Shown here: positions 1 through 8,902 of the stretch, in pieces
Layout of the letters: the number at the start of each line of letters is the position of its first letter
How positions within the stretch are numbered: position 1 is the first letter of the stretch
Virus record (IMG/VR): IMGVR_UViG_3300009036_000501
DNA: 64,000 bases
Reading direction: 5' to 3' (one strand)
Source: an uncultured virus (IMG/VR IMGVR_UViG_3300009036_000501)
Lineage: Duplodnaviria; Heunggongvirae; Uroviricota; Caudoviricetes
Program-made: the position numbers and the translations under genes
The notes under the pieces: generated by a model
What the model saw: only the letters and a program-made list of their open reading frames with translations
The model's database searches: none
What the model was told of the DNA's origin: nothing

Positions 1-1026
1 ATGAAAACGGCCGATCAGATACTAAAAATGACCAAACCAGGTGATCTATTTGTTTCAGACGCTAGTGCACTACGAAACGAATACAAAAAACTGGCAAAGA
101 TCTGGCATCCCGATGTGCACGAAGATCCGGATACTGCCTCGAAAGTCATGACGAAAATCAATGATCTGTACGAAACAGGCCTAGAGATGATAAAACAAGG
201 GACATGGTCTCAAAGCAACATGCTTTATCTCAAATCCACAAGTGGGCAACTACATAAAATAAAGTACTTCAAGGGACGCCCATTCGAGCTAGGAATGTCC
301 TACATGTGCAACACTATTGTGGTGTATGTTTTGGACAAAAGGCATAGGGCATACTACGAAAACTTTTTGAAACGTGCCTCTGAACTAAGATACCAAGATG
401 CTGAAATGAAGACTGAATTCGAAAGATACATGCCACATGTAAGAGCGAACTTTGAAACAGATCAAAACTTGGTAATTGTCATTGACAAACCCGTTGATGT
501 CTTATCATTGCATGATATACTGGAACACTATAATGGAGTGATGCCAGACCGACATATGGCATGGGTGCTTAGCACAATGTATCACCTGGCTTGTTTCCTT
601 AACTTCAACGGTCTTTCTCACAATGGTATAACTTTAGACAATTATTTCATATGCCCTAGTAAGCACAGTGGATTGTTACTTGGTGGGTGGATGTACACTG
701 TGGAGCAGGGGGAAAAGATGCTTGGTGCCCCGCGCAGCGTTTTCGAAAATATGTCCTACAAAACAAAAGCGGATAAGCTGGGATCGATCTCTACAGACTT
801 GGATTGTATCAGACAACTAGGTAGACAGCTGTGTGGCGACATATCTGGCAGGAATCTTTCATCTTCCAAACTACCAAAGCCTGTTTTGGATTGGCTACTT
901 GGGGCTTCTACAAAAGGCGCAGTAGAGGAGTATGCAAGCTGGTATGGGACCTTGGATGCTGGTTATGGCCCACGCAAATTTGTTGATATGCCGATTGCCA
1001 CGGGGGATCTTTACCCTGTCCAATAA
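1..1026 (+). CDS. J-domain protein fused to a degenerate protein-kinase-like domain
   Basis: N-terminal J-domain with HPD (YKKLAKIWHPD); C-terminal HNGITLDN and LLGGW resemble the kinase catalytic loop and DFG positions. ATG is at the window edge. Confidence 0.7.
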   Translation: MKTADQILKMTKPGDLFVSDASALRNEYKKLAKIWHPDVHEDPDTASKVMTKINDLYETGLEMIKQGTWSQSNMLYLKSTSGQLHKIKYFKGRPFELGMSYMCNTIVVYVLDKRHRAYYENFLKRASELRYQDAEMKTEFERYMPHVRANFETDQNLVIVIDKPVDVLSLHDILEHYNGVMPDRHMAWVLSTMYHLACFLNFNGLSHNGITLDNYFICPSKHSGLLLGGWMYTVEQGEKMLGAPRSVFENMSYKTKADKLGSISTDLDCIRQLGRQLCGDISGRNLSSSKLPKPVLDWLLGASTKGAVEEYASWYGTLDAGYGPRKFVDMPIATGDLYPVQ

Positions 1027-1061
1027 ATGATTCAAAAATCATACCTTAGGAGTGATCACAA

Positions 1062-1982
1062 ATGGGTACACGAAGATGGGATCCAGAAGAATGGTCAAAC
1101 TACAGTTCCAATAATATCGCAAGCAAAAGCTCAGTGACAGGTCCAGGGGGGATATACAATTCAACTTCACTCAAATCGAACTTGAGCCCGCACGGTGTAG
1201 ACCGTGAGTCTGTGGATTCACCAGATAACCCAAATTCTACACCTGTCATTGTAGGCCTCGATGTGACGGGCTCCATGCACAGAGTGTTGGATGCGATGGC
1301 ACGCAAAGGATTACCAACTTTGGCGTCAGAAGTATATGATCGCAAGCCCGTAACAGATCCACACATTATGTTTATGGGTATTGGGGATGCTTTGGCTCGT
1401 GACAGGGCTCCTTTGCAGGTCACACAATTCGAAGCTGACATCCGAATCGCCGAGCAACTGACAGATTTGTGGTTGGAAGGCGGCGGTGGTGGAAACAACT
1501 CCGAAGGATACATCCTAGCTTGGTACTTTGCAGCTAAGCATACAAAGATCGATTCTATGAAAAAACGTGGTAAAAAGGGATACCTGTTCACAATCGGAGA
1601 TGACGGTCCTACACCTTACATTACACCTGATAACGCCCGCACTGTATTCGGAGACACCATCGAAGCCAATCTAACTGCCGAAGAGTTACTTAAAATTGTG
1701 TCTCGTGACTACGAGGTGTTTCATTTAATGGTAGAAGAGGGCGGTTCTCACTCCAGCGAACATGTTAAGCAATGGCAAGATCTCCTCGGGGAACGTGCTA
1801 TTCTCTTGTCTGATCATACAAAAATGGGTGAGGTCATTGTTTCTCTGCTCCAAGTTTTATCTGGCGCCGATAAAGATGCTGTAGTTAAGAGTTGGGATGG
1901 TACGACATCTCTCGTCGTTAATAGAGCCATCAATGGCCTAGTAAGTAAAGGCGACAACTCCACAGATTTGGTAGAATTCTAA
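1062..1982 (+). CDS. vWA (MIDAS) domain protein
   Basis: DVTGSM MIDAS motif, GGGGNNSE and FTIGDD motifs; RBS AGGAG. Confidence 0.8.
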   Translation: MGTRRWDPEEWSNYSSNNIASKSSVTGPGGIYNSTSLKSNLSPHGVDRESVDSPDNPNSTPVIVGLDVTGSMHRVLDAMARKGLPTLASEVYDRKPVTDPHIMFMGIGDALARDRAPLQVTQFEADIRIAEQLTDLWLEGGGGGNNSEGYILAWYFAAKHTKIDSMKKRGKKGYLFTIGDDGPTPYITPDNARTVFGDTIEANLTAEELLKIVSRDYEVFHLMVEEGGSHSSEHVKQWQDLLGERAILLSDHTKMGEVIVSLLQVLSGADKDAVVKSWDGTTSLVVNRAINGLVSKGDNSTDLVEF

Positions 1983-2031
1983 TATACCCAATAGAGAGGG
2001 AACCGGATGGTTCTCTCTCCACTTTACGGAG

Positions 2032-3282
2032 GTGGCATGTATGTACAGACAAGATTACCCGCCCGTAACAAAAAATGTTAAAGTCGTAATAGGGGCTAAT
2101 TTTGGGGATGAGGGAAAAGGATTAATGACTGACTTTTTTGCCACACAGGGCTACAGCACAATTGTGGCAAGATTCAACGGCGGAGCACAAGCAGGGCATA
2201 CTGTAGTCACGCCAAGAAATAAAGAGCATGTTTTTAGTCATTTTGGTAGTGCTACTATGGACAATATACCTACATACTTAAGTAAATTTTTCATTCTGAA
2301 TCCAATCCTCTTCAATAATGAGCGCCGTGGTTTGCTTCAAACAATGCAGACCGATACTCTTCCAGCCATGTATGTAGACCCCGAGTGTGTCGTTACTACG
2401 CCTTATGACATGATGGTAAATCAGATTGTTGAGATGTCGCGTGGCACTAACAGACATGGTAGTTGTGGATATGGTATAAATGAGACAGTTAAGCGTTCTG
2501 AGCACCAGGAATTTAGTTTGCTGTTGACAGACTTGCATGACATCGATGGGCTGTGCGATACATTGCGGAGAATTAGAGACGTTTATGTCCCACAACGTCT
2601 CAAGGACTTAGGCATTGCAGACATCCCAGCAATGTTTCAGTCGCCTATCACCTCCGATAGCACCATAGATGCTTTTATTAGCGACTGTCAGGAGTTCAGA
2701 AGTAGGATCAAACTGACTGGGCCGGATATTCTCGGGGAGTTCCATACTGTTGTGATGGAAGGTGCCCAGGGACTTTTATTGGATCAAAATAGTGTATTCT
2801 TTCCTCACGTCACACACTCAAATACAGGTCTAGCCAATGTTGAATCGTTGCTGTCTCATATACCAGATGCTGTCGATGTGGAAGTGGTCTATGTAACTCG
2901 CTGCTACCTAACTCGTCATGGTGCTGGTCCGTTGCCAAATGAAGTAAATGATCTACCTTATCCTAGAATAGTGGACACAACAAATATACCAAACGACTGG
3001 CAGGGTACCCTCAGGTTCGGTGTTCTAGATGTAGACTTTTTAAAAGAGAACATACTGAGGGATGTACGAGACAACACGAGACGAGCAATGAAGCTATCAT
3101 TGGCAGTAACTTGCTTGGATCAAGTGGATGACTATGTGAAATATGTTCGACATGGGGAGCATGTAGAGAGCCCCATTTCAGGGCTCCTCACAGATCTGAG
3201 ACAAATGTTAGGCACTGATTGGTCTATATATACAAGTCGAGGCAGGAGTAGAAGTACTATCTCTCTCTTGGAGCGACAATAA
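2032..3282 (+). CDS. Adenylosuccinate synthetase (PurA)-like protein, divergent
   Basis: GDEGKG, GGAQAGHT, EGAQG and TRHGAGP motifs; aspartate-binding loop diverged (NDWQGTLR). Confidence 0.85.
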   Translation: MACMYRQDYPPVTKNVKVVIGANFGDEGKGLMTDFFATQGYSTIVARFNGGAQAGHTVVTPRNKEHVFSHFGSATMDNIPTYLSKFFILNPILFNNERRGLLQTMQTDTLPAMYVDPECVVTTPYDMMVNQIVEMSRGTNRHGSCGYGINETVKRSEHQEFSLLLTDLHDIDGLCDTLRRIRDVYVPQRLKDLGIADIPAMFQSPITSDSTIDAFISDCQEFRSRIKLTGPDILGEFHTVVMEGAQGLLLDQNSVFFPHVTHSNTGLANVESLLSHIPDAVDVEVVYVTRCYLTRHGAGPLPNEVNDLPYPRIVDTTNIPNDWQGTLRFGVLDVDFLKENILRDVRDNTRRAMKLSLAVTCLDQVDDYVKYVRHGEHVESPISGLLTDLRQMLGTDWSIYTSRGRSRSTISLLERQ

Positions 3283-3286
3283 GGTA

Positions 3287-3329
3287 AAAATAAGAGAGCG
3301 TACCCAACCTGGGTACGCTCTCTTATTTT
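3287..3329. terminator. Bidirectional intrinsic terminator
   Basis: AAAATAAGAGAGCGTACCCA-acc-TGGGTACGCTCTCTTATTTT between convergent genes. Confidence 0.85.
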
Positions 3330-3374
3330 GTTTAGGATGTCTGTGCTACGCACGGAAAAAGAATTAACACACTT

Positions 3375-3983
3375 TTATTCCACTGCTTTGTACATTTCTT
3401 CGATAGACCCAACTTTCTTTACTTCCCTTGTTTTCATACTTTCTATCACAATGCCTGTTTGGTATTTTGCAGGGATATTCACATTTTCTTTCAACCAGTC
3501 CACTGTGTCACTCCACAGCGAAGTGTAGGCTATAAATGTGAGACCATGGTAGTTAACCTCGAATTTATCGTCAGTCAACAGACCAGTTCCATCCGACATA
3601 CGCTTCTGGAATTCTGCACACACCATTGGAGGATATCCAAGATGTACACCCTGCAATTCCATCCAGTTGTTGGCATCAGAATGCTCATACTCCAGATAGT
3701 ACACGAGATTGGACATTTTGGAGAAAATCCGAATGTTTTGCGGATGATCTTGCAACAACAGGATACGATCTGTGGGGATGTGCTCATATGTCGAGGGTTC
3801 AATAATACCCATCGGCTTCACACCAAGCAATACGAGATTGATGGTCTGGATGTCACGACCAAGGATTTCAGTATACTTACTGATGTTTCTTTCATCCGCA
3901 TCTGGATATGCCTCTACAAACAAATCATGTGTTTCCTTGCAAAGCTGGTTAATTTCTTCGACATTCATGTACATAATAAACAA
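3375..3983 (-). CDS. Hypothetical protein
   Basis: 202-aa ORF with AAGGAG RBS. Confidence 0.7.
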   Translation of the reverse strand: MFIMYMNVEEINQLCKETHDLFVEAYPDADERNISKYTEILGRDIQTINLVLLGVKPMGIIEPSTYEHIPTDRILLLQDHPQNIRIFSKMSNLVYYLEYEHSDANNWMELQGVHLGYPPMVCAEFQKRMSDGTGLLTDDKFEVNYHGLTFIAYTSLWSDTVDWLKENVNIPAKYQTGIVIESMKTREVKKVGSIEEMYKAVE

Positions 3984-4138
3984 CGCTCCTTATTTATGAT
4001 CTCCCTTAATTATACCACACAGACAGTTTGTATACAATATACCCAGAGGATTAGGTAAGTAGCCACTGGTCCTTATATTGTCCAATTTTAGTTTTGTATG
4101 GTTCGATTTGATCAAATAAAGGGGAGGGAAGTAAATGT

Positions 4139-4471
4139 ATGAAGATAAAGGACATTGTCGAATTAGTAAACACACATACAGATGAAGAGATAAGAACTAT
4201 AATCAAGACGAATCCTGAACACTACATTGCTCTGCTACAAATTTCTGTAGAAAAGTACAAATCTAGAGTGGAACGTGTGATACGGGAGAGCCAGAAGGAC
4301 ACTCTATACAATGGGCAGACATGGGTGGCAAAAGAAGACTGTATGAATAACTTTCGTCAGGGATGCAGAGTGACTATAGACAGGATTGATCTGACTCAAG
4401 GATCTGTTGTCATTGACGGTGCTGTATCCACAGACATAGATACACTACGTAAATATTTTGTGCCAGCTTGA
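4139..4471 (+). CDS. Hypothetical protein
   Basis: 110-aa ORF with GGAGG RBS. Confidence 0.65.
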   Translation: MKIKDIVELVNTHTDEEIRTIIKTNPEHYIALLQISVEKYKSRVERVIRESQKDTLYNGQTWVAKEDCMNNFRQGCRVTIDRIDLTQGSVVIDGAVSTDIDTLRKYFVPA

Positions 4472-4578
4472 CCCATTTCCAGAAATGGCAATATTGACAT
4501 TCCTATGTACACATGTTATAATCTCCTTATGTCGCTCTCATTGGGGGAGTGACAATAACTGTACGAGGAGAGTGTCCG

Positions 4579-5310
4579 ATGAACTTTAACAAATACCTTG
4601 CTTCATGTGCTATAGCGCTGACTGCCATTGTTGGTATTTCTACTGTAGCCGACGCATCTGTTTTGAGAGTTTCAAATGTGACCACGAACCAAGTGACTGC
4701 TCCGTTTATGAACTTTCAAGACGAAGGATCGACTGAAGTGATGTTAAATGGTGTGATCTTTTGGACTGCTCTTCCAAACGAGTCTTATTTTGACGAGTAC
4801 GTAGTGGGGTTTGCCGATGCAGAAGACAATTATATCAGTACCATTGTCGCTGCTATTCCGCCATACGGGGGGCCTCACGAACTATCAATTGCGGATACTG
4901 CAGTGCCTGCGGGCGCCACGAGAATCGGGGTGTTTATTTCCAGTAACGGGGTGCTGAACACCACACCTGTTTACTCTACTCAGTTCTTAAACAACCCTGG
5001 TGGTCCGCCTCCAATATCTTTTGAAGATACGAATCCGCTATCAGGGTTTATTAGTGGGCCTTTTACTTGGCTTCCAGTCGGAGATGAATCTTTCTTAGAC
5101 TCTTATTTTTTAGGGTTCGCAGATGATCAAGACAACCTTCTTAGCCCTTTCTCGGGCATCGTGAATAAAACTGGAGGTCCTTACACCATCAATCTGGAAG
5201 ATGTGGCCATCCCGACAGGCGCTACACGCCTCGCAGTGTTTATGGTGCAAGGTGGAGTCACCAACCCTATACCACCATTTTCCACAGGCCTTTACGATGT
5301 AGGTTCATAA
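4579..5310 (+). CDS. Secreted protein with two tandem ~100-aa beta-rich repeats
   Basis: Signal peptide (MNFNKY...ADA); repeated FxD...W...ESxxDxYxxGFAD...DN...GGP...AxPxGATR unit. Confidence 0.75.
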   Translation: MNFNKYLASCAIALTAIVGISTVADASVLRVSNVTTNQVTAPFMNFQDEGSTEVMLNGVIFWTALPNESYFDEYVVGFADAEDNYISTIVAAIPPYGGPHELSIADTAVPAGATRIGVFISSNGVLNTTPVYSTQFLNNPGGPPPISFEDTNPLSGFISGPFTWLPVGDESFLDSYFLGFADDQDNLLSPFSGIVNKTGGPYTINLEDVAIPTGATRLAVFMVQGGVTNPIPPFSTGLYDVGS

Positions 5311-5417
5311 CTCTTTCACATGAAAGGGGGTAGTGCCACGGGCGCCGCCCCCTTTTTTTGTTCTTTGTATAACCATGTTTGTCCCTGTTCAACAGCAATT
5401 TACTTTAGGCCAACCCA

Positions 5418-5464
5418 GTTGAACCACGTTTAACTCGGTTTAACTATGTTTAACGGAGTTAAAC
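5418..5464. repeat. Five GTTNAAC heptamers at 10-bp period
   Basis: Copies start at 5418, 5428, 5438, 5448, 5458; extra GTTCAAC at 5387. Confidence 0.8.
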
Positions 5465-5888
5465 TTTCATCATTCACACATGCTCTTACATCTAACCGAC
5501 TTTATGTTCTTTGTATATCTCCTACGGATCCGACATCCCGTATTTTCCTCTGAATAGTGTTCTTATGTCTCTATACTGACCACTTTGCTTAAAGTTCCTT
5601 ATATAAGTCATGTCGATACTCTTTAGATGTTGCTTTCTTTAGTTATGTTTCCCATCCAACCAGTTCTGAGTAATGGAAGTTGCAATATGTACTGAGAATT
5701 TGGAATACCCATCCAACTGTCGAATCTCTAATGGCAATCCTACATAGCAACATTGCCCAGCCAAAGAACGAGCGAATGAGTTACTAACATTGACACTCCT
5801 CTTAGCATGTATCAATTCCTATTGTAACATATACAGGGTAAAGAGGTATGTAAGGTAAATACTTAGCTATATGTAAATATAACCAATT

Positions 5889-6326
5889 TTAAGTTTCAGC
5901 ATCTTCTTTTTTGATTGGATTTATCTCTACAATTTGGTAGCGTTTAGTGTGAGAAAACTTAACACTTTCTCCTTCTTTCACGGATTCCCATTTCTCTTTA
6001 TCGATCCAATAGTCTCTTTCACTTATCTTCAATAAATATTTATCAGACACCTTAACTTCTTTTGTTCGTGTGGTTGAAGAACTAGGAAAAGGCATTAGGA
6101 CTCCATCCCCCATTGGCATAAGCATAATGTCCCCAGGCACGTCTTCTTCAACGGTTTTCGTATATCCAGCAATTGTTCTCTTTTGTTCTACTATCCCTTC
6201 TGTCTCATATAAGGGTGCTACATCCTGTGTCGCTTTATTTTCTGAGTTATCTATCAGTACTGTCAAAGTCACCATCAAAATCATTACCATCACCAGTGTC
6301 GCATATAAGTTTGTGTGCTTACCCAT
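5889..6326 (-). CDS. Membrane-anchored hypothetical protein
   Basis: N-terminal TM helix; GAGGAGG RBS. Confidence 0.65.
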   Translation of the reverse strand: MGKHTNLYATLVMVMILMVTLTVLIDNSENKATQDVAPLYETEGIVEQKRTIAGYTKTVEEDVPGDIMLMPMGDGVLMPFPSSSTTRTKEVKVSDKYLLKISERDYWIDKEKWESVKEGESVKFSHTKRYQIVEINPIKKEDAET

Positions 6327-6496
6327 AAGCATACCTCCTCTTACTGTCGTTTGTCCCAAGCAAATGATACCGCCACAACCTCCGTCAATTTCCTCCAGCA
6401 CATTTATATATAAATTCGGGCGGATGGATCTTGACACGTATCCCTCTGTTACTATTCAATTTGGTACAAATAATTCTGTGATATAGGGGTGGTATA

Positions 6497-7360
6497 TTGG
6501 CTAAAGTATTACATAAGATGACTGTAAAAGAAACAATTGGACGTTTGGTAGCAATAACGATCGGAGCTGCCATCTTTTGCGTTGGGCTGGAGCTTATGCT
6601 CTTACCTAACAACATGCTTGATGGCGGTGTGGTTGGTATCTCGATCATTATATCTAGACTTCTCGGCGTCCCGTTTGGTGCGGCTTTGTTCGTTCTACAT
6701 CTTCCGTTCATCTGGTTTGGGTATAAGCAAATGGGCAAGTGGTTCGCTATCTTTGTGGCGTATGGTGTTGTATTAGTGTCAGTCTTGTCGACATGGATGC
6801 ATCACTTTCCGGCCATATCGCATGAACCCTTACTGGCCTTGATTTTTGGTGGTATATTTGTCGGTGTTGGAGTAGGTATTGCTGTCAGAGCCGGAGGTTG
6901 CCTTGACGGAATGGAAATATTAGCCATCCATTTTAGTAAGAGACTGCCATTCTCTGTAGGAGAAGTGCTAATGGTGGTTAACATTTTAATTTTTTCTTGT
7001 GCCGCTTTTCTATTCAGTTGGGAAGCTACAATGTACTCCATCGTTTCATTCTTTATTGCATCTAAGGCCATAAACACTGTTGTAGAAGGATTCACGGAGA
7101 TGAAGCAAGTTACAATCATCACAAAAGAGTACCAAAACATTGGACAAGCTATACATGAATCAATGGACCGGACTTTTACATTGGTCGATGTAACAGGCGG
7201 ATACGCTGGTGAGAGCAAAAAGATGATGATCGTCTATGTTTCTCGGCTAGAAGAATCGGCTCTACGAGAACTGGTGCACGATATAGATAAGGCTTCCATC
7301 ATGTCGGTCACGGACATAAGTGACTTACGTGGTGGGCGATTTGGATTTGGTGGACACTGA
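6497..7360 (+). CDS. YitT family membrane protein
   Basis: DGGVVGISII, GGCLDG motifs, multiple TM helices, C-terminal GGY...ELVHDIDK domain. Confidence 0.85.
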   Translation: MAKVLHKMTVKETIGRLVAITIGAAIFCVGLELMLLPNNMLDGGVVGISIIISRLLGVPFGAALFVLHLPFIWFGYKQMGKWFAIFVAYGVVLVSVLSTWMHHFPAISHEPLLALIFGGIFVGVGVGIAVRAGGCLDGMEILAIHFSKRLPFSVGEVLMVVNILIFSCAAFLFSWEATMYSIVSFFIASKAINTVVEGFTEMKQVTIITKEYQNIGQAIHESMDRTFTLVDVTGGYAGESKKMMIVYVSRLEESALRELVHDIDKASIMSVTDISDLRGGRFGFGGH

Positions 7361-7498
7361 TAAACCGTACAGGGGAGCACATGGTCGTGCTCTCTTTTTA
7401 TTTTTTCAGGATGGTATTGACGAGGACTATCCCTTTTTGATATACTAATTGAGTAGTCAGGGGACACAAACTCCTTTCGGGTAAGTGACCAGATATTA

Positions 7499-7528
7499 TT
7501 GACGGATCAACAAGAATTGTGGTAAAAT
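7499..7528 (+). promoter_or_regulatory. sigA-type promoter upstream of first RNA cluster
   Basis: TTGACG-N18-TAAAAT with extended TG. Confidence 0.6.
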
Positions 7529-7561
7529 AATCTAGTGCAATTCAAACAAGTTCTACAACAT

Positions 7562-7634
7562 GATCGTGTAACTCAGTTGGTAGAGTGAGGCATCGTAAGG
7601 TGTCGAGTCAGAGGTTCAAGTCCTCTCGCGATCT
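7562..7634 (+). ncRNA. tRNA-like RNA with non-canonical anticodon loop
   Basis: Acceptor GATCGTG/CGCGATC, normal D and T arms; anticodon arm GGCATC-GTAA-GGTGTC has no standard 7-nt loop. Confidence 0.7.
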
Positions 7635-7637
7635 TCA

Positions 7638-7850
7638 GTGTGCTATGTGGCGGCGGGATAATGAGCCGCAATCAAGGGGTAAGATCTGTGACTGCACGAA
7701 CACCAGGTCGGGTGCCGCCTCCCGTGCAGGGGTTAAACGGTGGACCACAAAAGACGAGTAGACTAATATTAAACCCTAGAAAAGGTGGGAATGTCTACCG
7801 GGACTGTGAGTCAGGCATGTATGGTGTAAATCCATACCCACATAGCATAC
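7638..7850 (+). ncRNA. ~213-nt structured RNA with tRNA-like ends
   Basis: 13-bp terminal stem GTGTGCTATGTGG/CCACATAGCATAC, T-arm-like GTATGG-TGTAAAT-CCATAC, internal stems CTGCACG/CGTGCAG and GTAGAC/GTCTAC. Confidence 0.7.
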
Positions 7851-7856
7851 TAATTA

Positions 7857-7930
7857 GGGCCCTTAGCTCAGTTGGTTAGAGCACCGGTCTCATAAACCGA
7901 TGGTCACAGGTTCAAGTCCTGTAGGGCCCA
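7857..7930 (+). tRNA. tRNA CAT (probably Ile2)
   Basis: Cloverleaf GGGCCCT/AGGGCCC, loop CT-CAT-AA. Confidence 0.9.
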
Positions 7931-8053
7931 TTAAAATATGAGGACTGCAGTTCGTGCTGAGGTCAAACCTCAAGTCCTATACATGATCGTAACTTGACGG
8001 AAAGGCCTTTCTTGGTGTATAATAAAAACATAGACACTAGGTGATGTGGAAGG

Positions 8054-8287
8054 GTGAGTATGCTGGAATTCTTTGAAAAGAGGAAACTCAAAAAGAAACT
8101 GAACGCTCTCTCGCCAGACCAGAAGTCTAGACTAAAATATCTTTGGGCCAAAAAGATGCAGGATGGCAAAGTGGCCTGCACGCACGGCATACCCTATGAA
8201 AGAGATGTGCCTTGTGTGAGCTGTTTTGAGTCGTCAGCTAGATCTGGCGACGTGACTGTGTTGGCAAAGATGATTGGTCACATGTAA
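8054..8287 (+). CDS. Small hypothetical protein with CxH/CxxC
   Basis: 77-aa ORF after TTGACG-N18-TATAAT promoter. Confidence 0.55.
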   Translation: MSMLEFFEKRKLKKKLNALSPDQKSRLKYLWAKKMQDGKVACTHGIPYERDVPCVSCFESSARSGDVTVLAKMIGHM

Positions 8288-8311
8288 AATACATTGAGGA
8301 GTGGTGTGAGT

Positions 8312-8467
8312 ATGAAGAAGTGGAATGTGTGGTTCCAATTACCTGGAAAAGATGTAGATTTCAGGACAGTGGACGTGAGGGAAAAGGCCAGTGCTATTGC
8401 ACATATAACCAATTTGTATCCTACAGCCAAAATTGGTCATGTGCATCTAGCAAGATCTAGTAAATAA
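8312..8467 (+). CDS. Small hypothetical protein (51 aa)
   Basis: MKKWNVWFQLPGKD..., GAGGAG RBS; below ORF-track cutoff. Confidence 0.55.
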   Translation: MKKWNVWFQLPGKDVDFRTVDVREKASAIAHITNLYPTAKIGHVHLARSSK

Positions 8468-8476
8468 CCATTGAAT

Positions 8477-8682
8477 GTTTGCGTGTAGTTGAGGGGAGAA
8501 ACATTGGTTCGAAACCAATTGCCGTCTCGCGCATCCCCTACGTAACCAGTGGACGTGAGAAACCCATTGGCCAGTAGGAAGGTGTAAACTCAGTAGTCGT
8601 AGGGCTTCTCACCTTACGATGAATCGAGGTAGGGGCGGTATCGTCTAGTGGCCTAGGACACTCCCGTCAAGTGCACGCAAAC
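8477..8682 (+). ncRNA. Circularly permuted tRNA-like RNA (YrlA/Y-RNA-like architecture)
   Basis: Long terminal stem, then T arm (ATTGG-TTCGAAA-CCAAT), acceptor-like stem with insert, then D arm (GTCTAGTGGCCTAGGAC). Confidence 0.75.
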
Positions 8683-8691
8683 CGAGAAGTC

Positions 8692-8718
8692 AAAAGGCAC
8701 CTTCGGGTGCCTTTTTTT
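8692..8718 (+). terminator. Intrinsic terminator
   Basis: AAAAGGCACC-TTCG-GGTGCCTTTTTTT. Confidence 0.9.
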
Positions 8719-8746
8719 ATGCCCTGCACTGATTGAGTGGGATATA

Positions 8747-8776
8747 TTGACCAAGACAAGGGTGGAATGCTATAAT
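8747..8776 (+). promoter_or_regulatory. sigA-type promoter upstream of second RNA cluster
   Basis: TTGACC-N18-TATAAT with extended TG. Confidence 0.7.
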
Positions 8777-8806
8777 GTTTTTATACAAGGAACACAACAA
8801 CATTAA

Positions 8807-8899
8807 GAGGATTGCAAATACACTGGCCAAATGTGGATTCTAGACACTCCACACCACAACCTGTGTACGGTGCTCGAAGTTCGAATCTTCAAATTCTCA
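8807..8899 (+). ncRNA. Degenerate class II tRNA-like RNA with 10-nt anticodon loop
   Basis: GAGGATT/AATTCTC acceptor, GTGGA-TTCTAGACAC-TCCAC, GAAG-TTCGAAT-CTTC. Confidence 0.6.
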
Positions 8900-8902
8900 C
8901 CT

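Noticed and set aside
2032..3282. PurZ (2-aminoadenine DNA pathway)
   Set aside because: It keeps the PurA-type Asp in GDEGKG rather than the Ser of PurZ, and no datZ/mazZ neighbours are recognisable.
5500..5800. Gene behind the minus-strand AGGAG RBS at ~5797 (similar case at ~47750)
   Set aside because: Frames stop within a few codons; probably decayed remnants that cannot be identified.
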